From Octopus sinensis (lineage: Eukaryota), in NCBI RefSeq assembly GCF_006345805.1, contig NC_043011.1, forward strand, positions 25,246,464-25,310,463: a stretch of 64,000 nt of DNA, read 5' to 3'. Under the pieces are notes generated by a model, which was not told the DNA's origin, did no database searches, and saw nothing but the letters and a program-made list of their open reading frames with translations. Position numbers and translations under genes: made by a program. This document shows positions 28,500 to 40,850 of this stretch, piece after piece (position 1 is the stretch's first letter; the number at the start of each line of letters is the position of its first letter).

Positions 28500-28915
28500 T
28501 GTCCAATATTTTAAATCTGGGTTTGTCCCTGTTAACAGGGGTGGCCCGATCTACCTCACTCTTACAGCAACTGCTCTCACACCATCTTGCCCAGTTTTGG
28601 GCATCCTCCCTCCTCAAACTAACCCTCCCAACTTCCTCCTCCACATTTTCTTTGGCTGACCTCACTTTTGTGGTTCATTCACTTTAAACTCAAGCTCTCT
28701 CCTCAGATCATGATCCTCATCCCTCCTCAACACATGTCCATACCACCACACTCCATTCACCCTTGTCAGCTGTTCCATTGATTCCTCCAACCCCAGCATC
28801 CCCATCAAGTCCTCAGCCCTCCTTTTAGCCAATAGTTTCGCACCACACATTGCTCTCTTGATTCTTCTCAAAATTGCCATTTTGCTTTCCCCCAGACACC
28901 ATGTCTCACTCCCTT
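28500..28915 (-). mobile_element. RTE-clade LINE 3' fragment
   Basis: ORF 28662..28880 contains MCGAKL...LMGMLGLEESMEQL..NGVWWYGHVLRRDEDH, matching the RTE C-terminal LRWYGHVLR motif. Confidence 0.75.
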
Positions 28916-29404
28916 ACATATCCATCACATGGTTTCACCTTTTAACATTCAGATTATTCTGTTAAATATTCTGCTTATTTATTCACATTCATTTGAATTA
29001 ATTATGCATTAACTCATGGCTTTGAGATTTCAATCATGTGATTGTTTATTTTTAGAATGACATTACAGGATAGGCGTGAGAGTCTCAATCTGGTTGGTTT
29101 GAATATAAAAGAACTAGAATATTTGGGCCTGATATGGCCTGTTTAAATGCTAATGGGTTAATAATATTGGAAGCTGGAATATGAAAAGGAACTTCGTGAT
29201 TCCATTTGATTAGTATGTATGAGAAATAAGAATCTGTGTTTTTGTAGTAACTTTAGGATGTAATGCTTCATTGTAAAAAACAAAAACAAAAAACCCATAA
29301 CAAAAGTGTTTCCAGGAAACACTAAAATGTGATTTGTAAACTTGTACAATGTACCTAACTCATAAAAAAAAAATGGGCAAATAAGAGAAAAATTAACGGA
29401 AACT

Positions 29405-30030
29405 TTATAATAATAATAATGAAATTATTGTATACAGTGCTCAGGTGCACCACAACTTGTCAGAAAGTGCATATAAAGTATATGCAGTAATGTAGAAATG
29501 TCTGGAAAGCGAACAATGTATGAGTCAGATACATGCTTGTGTGTGTATGGAGGGGAGAAAATCAGGTGTAGTGTTGGTGAATCTCAGAAAGCATGGAAGT
29601 TTTGAAGGATGCAGTGCTCCGACAACTAACAATTGATGCCGGCAGTTTGTTCCATGCTTCAGCAACTCTCAGCGTAAAAAAATGTTCCCTAAAGTCATGG
29701 GAGCTGTGCTGTTTTCTGACTTTGTAAATATGTCCACGGGTGTTAGACGGGTGGAGTTTGAAAAGGTGCTCAGAGTTATTGTTTGAATGATTCTGCTCAT
29801 TATACTGTTTTTGGTTGATAGATATGGTGAAATTTTTTACTAGTTTTATAGTATTGCATCTGTTCTAGAGATGAGTTGAACCTAGTACTACAAGCTAACA
29901 AAATGTTTCTGTTGCTTTTAGAATTGACCAAAATGCAGCTGTGGGACCTATTTGCAGACGTACTGTAGAGAGCCAGGCAGAACTGAGCAGTTAGATCATA
30001 GACACAGCATGGTACTGCTAAGCAAAACAT
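29405..30030 (-). mobile_element. CR1-like LINE 3' fragment with (ATT)n tail
   Basis: Homologous to 37981-38330 (TRGH..K...FF.LRV..AWNKLP motif) and shares the terminus ...GTGCACCTGAGCACTGTA...ATTATTATT. Confidence 0.7.
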
Positions 30031-31419
30031 GAACTATCAATCCTATGGCTATGATTATGATACTTCACTAACTTGGCTAATTGCAAACTTCTTTGATATT
30101 AAGTAAGTTGAAGGTGGTGACCTGGCTGAATTTTTTAGTATGCTGAGTGAAATGCTAAAGCAGCATTTCGTCTGTCTTTATGTTCTGTGTTCAAATTCTG
30201 CTGAGGTCCACTTTGCCATTCATTCTTTCAGGGTCAGTAAAATAAGTACCAGTTGAACACTGGGGTCAATGTAATCGACTTAACCATCCCTTAAAATTTC
30301 TGGCCTTGTGTCAAAATTTTAAACCAACATTAAGTTGTATGATGCCAAACTCCTTAAGCTTTCATAATTAATGTAATATTTGCTCCAGAAACAGAAAAAA
30401 AAACCCCCAAAAAACTAATGAAATTATAACGTAATCTAAAATGTCCATCAGAAAAATTTAAGTTTGTTGATCATAAACAACTGTTGATCAATTTCATGTT
30501 AGAAGTTCATCTTGTTTCATTCATTCTTTCATTAAATATATATATAGCATTATGAACAGAAATTCATATCAGTATATTTTGTTATATCAATGCAATTGCT
30601 GGATAAATACTTTGTTTTATATTTTATCTTCTTTTTTTGTGTATGTGTGTGTTGTACTTTTTCTAACTCACGAGAGTTGAATAATTTTATTGCATAATTT
30701 TTAGATAAATTTATTTTCCCTCAGGACTGTATTTTTGATGTGAGGTATATTTTTCTATATTTTTTTATTATTATTTTATATTTGTCATCTCATTATTACA
30801 TATTAATAGTCTTATTTTTTTTGATAATATTATTGTTAATTTTGTATAATATGGCGATCTGGCAGAATTGTTAGCATGCTGGATGAAATGTTTAGTGCCA
30901 TTTCTGGCACTTGATGTCTTGAGTTCAAATCCTTCCAAAGCCAACTTAGCCGTTAGTCCCTGCTGGGTCAATAAAATAGCATAACAATCAAGTACTGGAG
31001 TTGATATAATCAACTAACCCCCTCTCAATAAAGTTGCTGGTTCTATACCAAAACTAAAAGATTGATTATTATTATTGTCTTTGAAATAAGTACCAGGTAT
31101 ATACTAGGGTCAATGCTAACTAGCTAAGCTCTTTCCTGACAGATTTCTAGTGACATTATGCCACTTTAAGAAACCGCTGTTACTATTATCACTACCTCTA
31201 TACATTAAGTCTTTCTTTCAGTTTGTTTATAGAGCCTGGAATCTTCTTTCAAAAGCTATTTAATAATCCCAATTTAATTGCATATCTATGTTTTAGTGGA
31301 ACTTTATAGAGTTAAGCAACAATTAATGAATACAATTGTAATGATGCAAAGTGTATCTAAAGGAATACATTTTATTCCCTTAACTGATTTATCTATGTCT
31401 CATCTCAGCTCCATTCTGC

Positions 31420-32190
31420 AGCTTAGAGATGCAGCACATTCCTTAACCCACGAGCTGTCCCAAGTATTGCTGCTATCTGAATACCTCCTCAGAAGTTTGG
31501 TATTTGCAGCTTTTGATGCCAGGATATTGCTCTTTTCGAGATAGTTCTAAGTGCATTGATCACAATAGGTACCACGCTCACTTTTGAAGCTCCGTGGAAT
31601 TTTTTTGGTTCCAATCATAAGTCTTGGTACTTCCTGACACCCTCATCCTCTGTCTTAACAATATTCTGGTTTGCAGGAATAGCAATCTTGATGCAGGTCC
31701 ATTCTGTGGACTCTCAGCTGGATAGTGATATCTGGTTTGTAATGTTGCAGCCTTTTGTCTGCATATATTGGCATATCACATATGTGTCTCACCTGATCAT
31801 TCTCTGCTACAGGTAAAAGTTGGTGTTCATATGGATCATTCCAGCCCATACTTCTTGTACAACTCCCAGTGTATTCGCGCTGCTATTTTGTCATGGTATT
31901 TTTTGTCTACCTCTAGTTTTGAGCTTCCACTAATTGTGTCTGTCTCAGACAATTTTCCACATAGTCTACAAAAAATGGTGATGCTGCTGTCTTATCAATG
32001 CTACACTTGATTGAGTTTGTACATAAAGCTTATTCTTGAGTCAGTGCATTTAAAGCTTGTTTTTGAGCAGCAAGAATCAGCCCTGTTTCCTTCTTTAAAA
32101 AAAATTTGTCTTAACCTTCTCCAGGATTCTTCATTGGTTTCATCCACTGTTTGCTGGCAAAGCTCTCCGTATTGGACTTTCTCTTTCCAG
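31420..32190 (-). mobile_element. Second R4/Dong-like fragment (RT C-terminus, RLE domain)
   Basis: The minus strand gives WKEKVQYGE, DMPIYADKRLQHYKPDI and IQIAAILGTARGLRNVL. Frameshifted. Confidence 0.7.
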
Positions 32191-32729
32191 TTGACCATCT
32201 GCTGCTGCTGTTGTTATTATTGTTGATGATGGTGATGATGATGATAGTGGTGTTGTTGATGATAGTAGTGTAATAAAGTTGTGGTGGTGTTGATAATGAT
32301 GAAATGAAGATAATGATGAAACTGACCATTCTAAGTGATAACAATTGCTAGTGAATATGCTTTACTGAGGAGATTTAACAAAAACAAAACATATTTGATG
32401 TTTTTTTTACATTTGACGACGAAGATAAGGCTCTCTCGCTGTGCATTGTCTTCATTTTGCAAAAATTTGTATCAGCTGAGAGTGTAGGAGTTATCTCCCC
32501 TGCTTCCTGTATTTAGATTTGAAGTTTCAAGAATAACATTTCCATTCACAAAACGAGTTTCTACTGTTAATATTATATGTATATGTATGCTTGCATACAA
32601 ATACATACATACTTTCATACCACTTACATACATACATATTTGCATACAACTTATATACACACATACACATGGTGTCCGTCTCTGTCTATCTGCCTCTCTC
32701 TCTCTCTATACATATATATATATTAAATA

Positions 32730-33104
32730 CTAGCAGTATCGCCCGGCGTTGCTCAGGTTTGTAAGGGAAATAACTATAAAGCATTTTTAGAGAGTTATAG
32801 CCAAAAAATGGAAAAAAATGATGGTAAATTTTTTTTTGAGAGTAATAAAAGGTTGAGTTTGCGTCCCCTAGACAGTCTGTGGTTTGTTTTTTTTTATTCT
32901 CGACCCATGTCGAATTTATCGATTTTTTTTCAGAACTGGGGGAACTTTTCAAAATTTTCGCTGCGTTAGTTTTGAATTATGACATTGGGTATGTGTGTGT
33001 CAAGTTTCATCAGAATCGGTTGAAAGCCGTGGTCAGGGTGAGGGTACGAGAAAACAGACACACAGAAACACGCACAGACAAACTGCCGTTTATATAGAGA
33101 GAGA
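32730..33104 (-). mobile_element. Non-autonomous Helitron
   Basis: On the minus strand it reads A|TC...CCTGAGCAACGCCGGG (hairpin) CGATACTG CTAG|T: TC start, subterminal hairpin, CTAG end, insertion between A and T, no TSD. Confidence 0.7.
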
Positions 33105-33119
33105 TATATCTTAGATATA

Positions 33120-33493
33120 CTCTTTTACTTGTTTCAGTCATTTTACTGCGGCCATGCTGGAGTACCACCTTTTAGTCGAGCAAATCGACCCCAGGACTTA
33201 TTCTTTGTAAGCCTAGTACTTATTCTATCGGTCTCTTTTGCCGAACCGCTAAGTAACGGGGATGTAAACATACCAGCATCAGTTGTCAAGTGATGTTGGG
33301 GGGACAAACACACATACATACATATATATATATATATGACAGGCTTCTTTCAGTTTCCGTCTACCAAATCCACTCACAAGGCATTGGTCAGCCTGAGGCT
33401 ATAGTAGAAGACACTTTCCCAAGGTGCCACGCAGTGGGACTGAACCCGGAACTGTGTGGTTGGTAAGCAAGCTACTTACCACACAGCCACTCC
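33120..33493 (-). mobile_element. tRNA/CORE-type SINE (family B), near full length
   Basis: Highly similar to 22875-23291, with an intact head GGAGTGGCTGTGTGGTAAGTAGCTTGCTTACCAACCAC. Confidence 0.75.
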
Positions 33494-34676
33494 TTTTCAT
33501 GTTCAGTTTTAATGAAAACAATTTTACATTAATCTGATGGGTTACTCTATACATTTGTAGAGTACAAATTCATTCTTCTTCTATAAAAATGTTGACAATG
33601 ACTTCGAAGTTTCAACCAGTTAAGCCATCATTGGCAGTCTGACAATAGCTTAAATGGCTGAAACTGCAGTCACTATCAACAACATTCTTAGGCACATAAA
33701 AGCACCCACTACACTCTCAGAGTGGTTGGCGTTAGGAAGGGCACCCACCTTGCCAGATCAGATTGGAGCCTGGTGCAGCATCCTGGCTTGTCAATTCTCA
33801 GTGAAACCATCCAACCCATGCCAGCATGGAAAGCGGACGTTAAACAATGATGATGATGATAAATATATATATATATGTATATATATATGTATTTATTTAT
33901 TTATAGTTAATTGATAAAAATAACGAATCCAAGAAAAGGCATTTTGTTTTGTCTTGATACATCAGGAATTAGTTGAATAAGAGTCCACTCATCTTTTGTT
34001 AAAACCAATCCCTGATTGACTCCAGATGAAATAAAAATAAAAAACTTTTTGTTGCAGTCATTATATTGACTCTTAGTTGTAAGTGCTTTCCTCTGAACAG
34101 TCAACCCTAAATTTTATACACACTCTCACATCATCATCATCATCATCATCGTTTAACATCCACTTTCTATGGTTGGACGATTTGACTGAGGACTAGTGAA
34201 CCAGATGGCTGCACCAGGCTCCAATCTGATCATAAATATATATATATATATATATATACCAGGTATTTTCTCTGGACATAATATCAGGTGTCTGAGGCCA
34301 CATATGTTTAAAAATATGTGTCAGTGTCTCACCTTTTTCAGCAGGTAATAGAAAGACTGATGTAAGAAAGCAAGCTGATTTTATATGCATGGCAGAGACA
34401 TAAAGTAATAATACTATGAAAAGTGGGAAACAGCTGAAATTATAATTTCAAAATGTTACTCTCTGTATGTAAAACTCTTATATTAGAGTGCTTCATTCTC
34501 AGAATTAAGTAATGAAAATAAAACTTGTAGTCAAAATATGGAAAGCCACTCTTATATTCACTACTGACATAATCCATGAAATAGAAATATAACAAAAATA
34601 TTTTTATACAAAACTTTAGATGGCTATGAAAAGAAGGATTCTTTATATTTTTCAGATTCGGACTGATTATATATAT

Positions 34677-34804
34677 ATGAGAAAATAGAGAGGTAATTAA
34701 TAAATGATAATTAAAAAATTAACGATTATTATTTATTAATTAAAAGTTTGTCAAATTTTTAATTAATAGATAATAATTTATTAATTACCTCTCTATTTTC
34801 TCAT
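34677..34804. repeat. Fold-back palindrome (perfect 29-bp outer arms, 19-bp inner arms)
   Basis: ATGAGAAAATAGAGAGGTAATTAATAAAT (34677-34705) is the exact reverse complement of 34776-34804. The inner arms have one mismatch. Confidence 0.9.
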
Positions 34805-34950
34805 CTTATTATTATAATAAATAAAATACATAAACTACGGTTTATATAGCTACCTTACAGTTGAGTATTAAATGTTATGTTCGATATTCTTTGTATAGGT
34901 TACTAACCAGTACTTTCATAGGATTTTACTATTTCGTGCAGCACGAAAAT

Positions 34951-35001
34951 TTTGTCAGTGAACAGGTCGCGGTCTCAAAGTGACGAAAATATTTCGACAA
35001 A
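34951..35001 (+). ncRNA. Variant minimal type-I hammerhead-like motif (core GUGAACA)
   Basis: TTTGTCA-GTGAACA-G-GTCGC(GGTCTCAAA)GTGAC-GAAA-ATAT-T-T-CGACAAA gives stem I, a 7-nt core, stem II, GAAA, palindromic AATATT and stem I'. The core deviates from CUGANGA at positions 3 and 8. Confidence 0.3.
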
Positions 35002-35085
35002 TTAAATCTAAATGTTGAAGTGAATCTAATGGTTTTTTTGTGTGTTTCTTAAATGGCTTATAAACACCTTCCACACTGCAATTGT

Positions 35086-35116
<31 letters not shown>

Positions 35117-35867
35117 GCATACACGTATATATTTTCAATATTGGTAGAATCAATGAAAAAGGTACTCCATCCAGTGTTAGACAAATATCAATTTAATACA
35201 AAATCAAAAGAGCTACTAATAGTTTTATGCTTTTGTGATACTTTAAGTAGGCATATTTATAAACTGAGCCATGTATCCCTAAGCAATCTTTCAGGCTCTG
35301 TTTGTGCATCCTTGTTTTTAAAATACATATAATGCTTAAACAGAGCCTGATATGAATATGCTTAGTTGAAATATCATAAAAGTATGAAACTATCAGTAGC
35401 TCGTTCAGTTGTGTATTTGAGAAAAAGATGTTTTGGTTATATCATTTTATTGATCCTTAAATGATGAGAAGTGAAATCAGTTGTGGTGGGACTTGATTGT
35501 AGGACATAATGGGATTGAACTAAACACATCAAAGAATTTTGTTTGATGCTCTGCTGGTCCAAGCAGTATCCATTCAGTCACTATGGCAGACTGAAAACAA
35601 GCAACATCATGTTTTTTTTTTTCCCTCCCATGGGGTATAACAAAATGTAATAAGTAATAACATTTAAATTCCTGTCTATTAAGGAATAACGATCAATCAA
35701 AAAACATGAGGATTATTAATTTACTCTATTTCCTCCTTTTTGTTTTGTTTTCTCACTGCCCCATCCCCTCCCTGACCATTCTCCTTCATAAATAGGAAGT
35801 TTTTTTCTTTTGTTTTTCCAATTTGCAAAAATTTCAAAAGGTTGTAAATTCTGACTATGTCTTTTAA

Positions 35868-36099
35868 CCCTGTAGCATTCAGATTATTTGGTCAAACATA
35901 ATGCTTATTTATTCACATTGCATTGAATTAATTGTGAATTATCTCAAGGTTTCGAGATTTCAATGATATGATTGTTTATTTTTAGAGTGACAGTGTAGAG
36001 TAGATAAGAAAAGCTGGACCTGGCCAGTTTGAAAACAAAAAAAAAAAAAACCCAGATAGAATATTTGGGCTGGATATGGCTGGTTTGAATGCTAAAGGG
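35868..36099. mobile_element. piggyBac-like MITE with TTAA TSD
   Basis: TTAA|CCCTGTAGCATTC...GAATGCTAAAGGG|TTAA. Family members lie at ~11534, 19856, 24610, 28935 and 48755. Confidence 0.75.
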
Positions 36100-37596
36100 T
36101 TAAACTCACCAAAAAACTAGCACCTGTTAATAATCAGTTTTCTGAAAATTTATTCTTTTTGTTACATTTATGTATTTGTTTTGCAAGATTCTTTTAATGT
36201 GAAAATGTATGTTGAAATAGATATTACTATATTTGGTGACGGTCATATTTTGTCAATTAAGCACACACAAAGGAACTAAGATAAAAATAAAAAAAAAGCT
36301 GAAATGAAGACCAAGTATTATAGTGTGAGTGTTTAATTGGCAAAATAAGACCATTCCCAACAATAACAATATTGTTTTTGTTCTTCTGATTAAGTTTATA
36401 TTGTACAACGTTTTGGTGAACTTACTTAAATATCTCTTTTTTTTTTAAATGTAAATAATTGAAACATGAAAAAAAAAATAATGTAAATATTCTAAATATA
36501 GTCAAAATTAACATAACATGAAAACAAATAATTACATTGATATTCTACTTTTTATTTTTTTAACTGAAAGTATTATATAAGAGGAGATGAGGCTGGTAAA
36601 GTTAACAAAGATTCAAGCTACACTTGATCAAAATTTGCTATTTGTTCCTTGCTCCTCACAATTCTCAGAAATATGTGGTACCATAATTTTTATCAATGTA
36701 GTAAGCATTATATGATCAAATGTTTGTTAGCTTTCAGTATTGAGTTCAATCCACTCACTCTTTTTATACTTGCAAAAGGGTAAGGCAACATGCCCCAGAT
36801 ACTGTATTTTCCAGCATACAAGTTGATGTAGTATAATAGTGTAAACTTGTTATGTAAACATTCAAAGATTGTCACTATCTTTCCGAATCCTGCTGCATTT
36901 CATATTTGGTCCCCCAAAGTCATTGTGGTGTATAAGTTGACCTGCCTTTTTTTTTGCTGTAAATTTTGGCCTGAAAAATTTGACTTGTATGCCAGAAAAT
37001 TCAGTAAACTACAAAGATGAAACCTTTAAGGTCTACCCCATTCTTGTGCTGAGATGTTATCAATGGATAATGGCCGTCACACAACAAATGTATTATAGTA
37101 GATTAACTGTGAATGTAAGTTAATATCATCATGCATCATTTTAATGGATTTCATTATTTTTCCATGTTTTTTAAGTTTGTGAGCTGAGCTGTTAGAAGTC
37201 TGTTCATTAGAATGAAGTCTTTCAATTAACACAATCTTCATTTAAATACAAATGCAGAAAAAAAAAAGTAAAAAATTTGGTTCTTAAATACATGTATATT
37301 TTCTTTCCCATTTTAATTTTCAAACTTAATGATACTCTTATTTTATTCTGGTCAATTATATGTTTTATTTATTGACACATTCCTTGTCAAAGAAGCAAAA
37401 GAAAAAAAAAAAAATTCATATGGATGCTTAATAAATGGATTTCCAAACTGCTGATAAATTTCCATGCTAAATTTATTTTTGAACTTATGGAAGAGAAAAT
37501 TACATGTGTATGGAAATTTGATTCATTGTACTTCATTTTAGAAAATTAAAATATTCTAAAATAAACATTGTGTTGATTCTTTATTGTATTTCACTA

Positions 37597-37978
37597 CATG
37601 GGTTGGCTGGAAACTTCATAAGCTGACCAAGATACTCTCATAGAATGTGACCAAACGAGATTTATTTTTCAACTTAGTCCCCCTTGCAATCCACACACTT
37701 CTTCCATCAGTGTTGCAGTGCTTGGAGTCCATTGGTCTCAAAGCTTTTATCCTATTGGTAAAAAAGTTAACAACAGATATGATGTCATCATTACTGTGAT
37801 ACTGGTTCCCTGTCAAGTGTTTTTTCATGTTGAAGAACAGATGATAGTTAGATGGGGCCAAATCAGGAGAATAGGGATGGTGATCAACCAGTTCAAAGCC
37901 ACAGTCACGCCCAGCAGCCATTGAAACGGACTTGTGTGCTGGAGCATTGTCTTGATAAAACAAGAGCCATTTTGTCAT
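37597..37978 (-). mobile_element. Mariner transposase 3' fragment with terminal sequence
   Basis: ORF 37616..37978 contains YQDNAPAHKS...GFELVDHHPYSPDLAPSNYHLF, the mariner DNAPAH and YSPDLAP motifs. It ends at a TA dinucleotide (37595-37596) and is truncated where the CR1 tail begins. Confidence 0.85.
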
Positions 37979-37980
37979 AT

Positions 37981-38330
37981 TAATAATAATAATAATAATT
38001 GTGTACAGTGCTCAGGTGCACTACAACTCATCTAAAGTGTATATATAATCAGGTGTAGTTTCGGCGGATTTCGGAAAGCATGAGGGCCTTAAAGGATGCA
38101 GTGTCATGGCAGTCAACAACTGATGCAGGCAGTTTATTCCATGCTTCAGCAACTCTGAGCGTGAAAAAATGTTTCCGAAAGTCATGGGAGCTGTGTTGTT
38201 TTCTGACTTTGTAGGCATGTCCACGTGTGTTAGACACATGGAGATCAAAAAGGTGTTCAGTGTTGTTGTACCACCATGCATTTGTTGTACCACCATGCAT
38301 TTGAGCCACTTCTCAAGACTTGAGGTATGG
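37981..38330 (-). mobile_element. CR1-like LINE 3' end
   Basis: ORF 38049..38309 contains NTRGHAYKVRKQHSSHDFRKHFFTLRVAEAWNKLPASVV, the CR1 C-terminal motif. (ATT)n tail at 37981-37998. Confidence 0.8.
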
Positions 38331-39648
38331 CTCAAAATCTTAAAAATACTCCACATTTTGTGCAGATGCCTTCATTGCAAAATAAAGAGATGTGAGATAA
38401 AGGGTTCTGCTTGAAATTTCGAGTCCAGGCATTACTCTATTTCTGCTCTTTACTGAATTGACTACCCCAGAAAAACTATCAAACCCATACCAGCAAGGAA
38501 AAGTGGATGTAAAACACTGACAATGATGATGACTTATGAAATAATTAAAATTCAGTAAATATATTTCACACAACGTTTCTTTTGGAAATAATACCAGATT
38601 GCCACTGGCTTCATGAATAGATAATTAAAATACTAGTTCAATAAGATTTTAACCTATAAAACATGCTAATAGTTTCATATCTGTAGGATTTGTAGTTTTA
38701 GAGATTTATCCTATATAATTTCTGGGGTAAAGCTAGCCCTGTAACTAAGGGTGTCCATTCTAGGAATTGTTAAATCTCACCTACCGGTACATGGTTCATT
38801 TAATTTATGAAGTAGCTGTTGGTAACATCTTCCTAACATTTTGAGCAAGGCATAAAATCATTACTTAGCTTGATGTCTTTGATCTTTTACTTGTTTTAGT
38901 CATTGGACTGTGATCATGCTGGTCCTTTGCGAGAGGGAACGATAGAATAAATACTAGGCTTACAAAGAATAAGTCCTGGGGTCGATTTGCTCGGCTAAAT
39001 GTAGTGCTCCAGCATGGCCACAGTCAAATGACTGAAACAAGTAAAAGAGTAAAAAAAAGTTCGGGTGGAAGGGGGGAGGAGAAGTCAACGACATAACTGG
39101 TGTGGGGCGGCTTATGTCCTTCAGCAGCTTAATGTTATATCATGCATGAGAGAACAGTCAAGAGTAAGTAGCCACGCGTTGTGGTTAAGGGGAGGCAACT
39201 AGTACAGATAATTCAGCGATTCAATTAAGGCTACTAGGAAAAGAAATTGGACTTAACCTCATATATATATATAGCGAATTGGGGTAATAATTAGATATAT
39301 ACAGGTACGCAAGAAAAATCCATCTTATAGGTACATTAAAAAGCAAAAATAAAAAGTCACTTACAATTAGGCGTTTAATATTTAAGACCAAATCACATGT
39401 TAATTATTATCAAATAATGAAATTCACAAGTTGCCACAGTATACGAAATATGCTTAATAAGCATTATATAGTCATTAAAGTTATATAGTTCCTATCATTG
39501 TAAAACAATCTAAAAGAATATATTGGCACCATATAGATACAGTTAATACCAGGTCCGCTGGCAAGTTAGTACTATGAGTAAAGTTTCCTTAATTCAAACA
39601 ATTTACTAAATATACTTAAAAAGCAATATCTATCTATCTATCTATCTA

Positions 39649-39827
39649 CTTTATTTAAAAGCAGCAGAAATTTAACAAATGCTGTTACTCGGAGTTTCAC
39701 GTTCCCGTTCGTCGGACAGTTTTGTTAACTGCACTCTCGGAGTTTGTTGACAAAACTGTCCGACGAACGGGAACGTGAAACTCCGAGTAACAGCATTAAT
39801 TAATTTACCTGCTGCTTTTAAATAAAG
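39649..39827. repeat. Long hairpin: 51-bp inner arms (one mismatch), 16-nt loop, each arm carrying a hammerhead-like motif
   Basis: 39679-39729 pairs with 39746-39796. The outer arms CTTTATTTAAAAGCAGCAG and CTGCTGCTTTTAAATAAAG also pair. Confidence 0.95.
39756..39793 (+). ncRNA. Minimal type-I hammerhead-like motif (core CCGACGA); mirror copy on minus strand at 39682-39719
   Basis: CTGT-CCGACGA-ACG(GGAA)CGT-GAAA-CTCCGAG-T-A-ACAG gives a 4-bp stem I, a 3-bp stem II, GAAA, stem III ACTC/GAGT and a UA cleavage site. Position 4 is C rather than U. Confidence 0.5.
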
Positions 39828-39898
39828 CATATTACTCTACCTCTGGTATTTGAGTACTCTTTTTTCCACCTTGTTTCACATTTATGTGTTTACTCCGG

Positions 39899-39949
39899 TA
39901 TATATATATATATATATATATCAATTAATCAATTTAGGGTAGTAAATTG

Positions 39950-39985
<36 letters not shown>

Positions 39986-40007
39986 ATTAATCAATTTAGG
40001 GTAGTAA

Positions 40008-40060
<53 letters not shown>

Positions 40061-40084
40061 ATTATCAATTTAGGGTAGTAATTG

Positions 40085-40123
<39 letters not shown>

Positions 40124-40125
40124 TA
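39899..40125. repeat. Minisatellite: three copies of a ~29-bp unit separated by (TA)n
   Basis: CAATTA(A)TCAATTTAGGGTAGTAA(A)TTGT at ~39922, ~39984 and ~40059. Confidence 0.9.
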
Positions 40126-40435
40126 TATATACATACGTATACGTACATACATGTTTACGTATATACATATGCATTTGTGGGCACAGGACTTCATGAAACG
40201 TAAACAACAAAAACTACGATGTACAATGACATGGAATATGAACTTTTGTTTGCGAGCAACGAAATAAATAAATGGAAAACAAAACAAACAACACAAAGAA
40301 CGACCTTTCATCAGTTGTCGGCTGTTTTTCTATCCACATTTCGAGCATTTCCCGACAAGATACACTTTCGATAAAATAGTTGCACCCGCAAAACAAATTA
40401 AATAAAATTTGGGATTTTGTGGAGGGTTGTGGTGG

Positions 40436-40476
<41 letters not shown>

Positions 40477-40509
40477 TAAGAAAGTTTGTTTGGTAAAGCA
40501 CGTGGGTGA

Positions 40510-40850
40510 ATATATAAGAAAATAGTAAAGAGTGAAAAAACGACAGAAGGCTTAAATGTTAAAAAATATATATATTTGCGTCAAAATGTCTGGAGAATAT
40601 TGGAAAAATTTTTTTCCTTTCCTTAAAATGACATAATTTTATAATTTTTAAAGAAATACCGGTTTCGCAGTTAAGAAATTTGAAGAGCTAACTGCGAAAC
40701 GGGTATTTCTTTAAAAATTATAAAATTATGTCATTTTAAGGAAAGGAAAAAAATTTTTCCAATATTCTCGACATTTTGACGCAAATATATATATTTTTTA
40801 ACATGTAAGCCTTCTGTCGTTTTTTCACTCTTTACTATTTTCTTATATAT
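40510..40850. repeat. 341-bp near-perfect palindrome (~163-bp arms, 15-nt loop)
   Basis: 40510-40673 is the reverse complement of 40689-40850 with about 3-4 differences. The loop is AGAAATTTGAAGAGC. Confidence 0.95.

Noticed and set aside
40290-40325. CTGATGA on the minus strand as another hammerhead
   Set aside because: No GAAA after a plausible stem II and no stem I partner. At most a decayed remnant.
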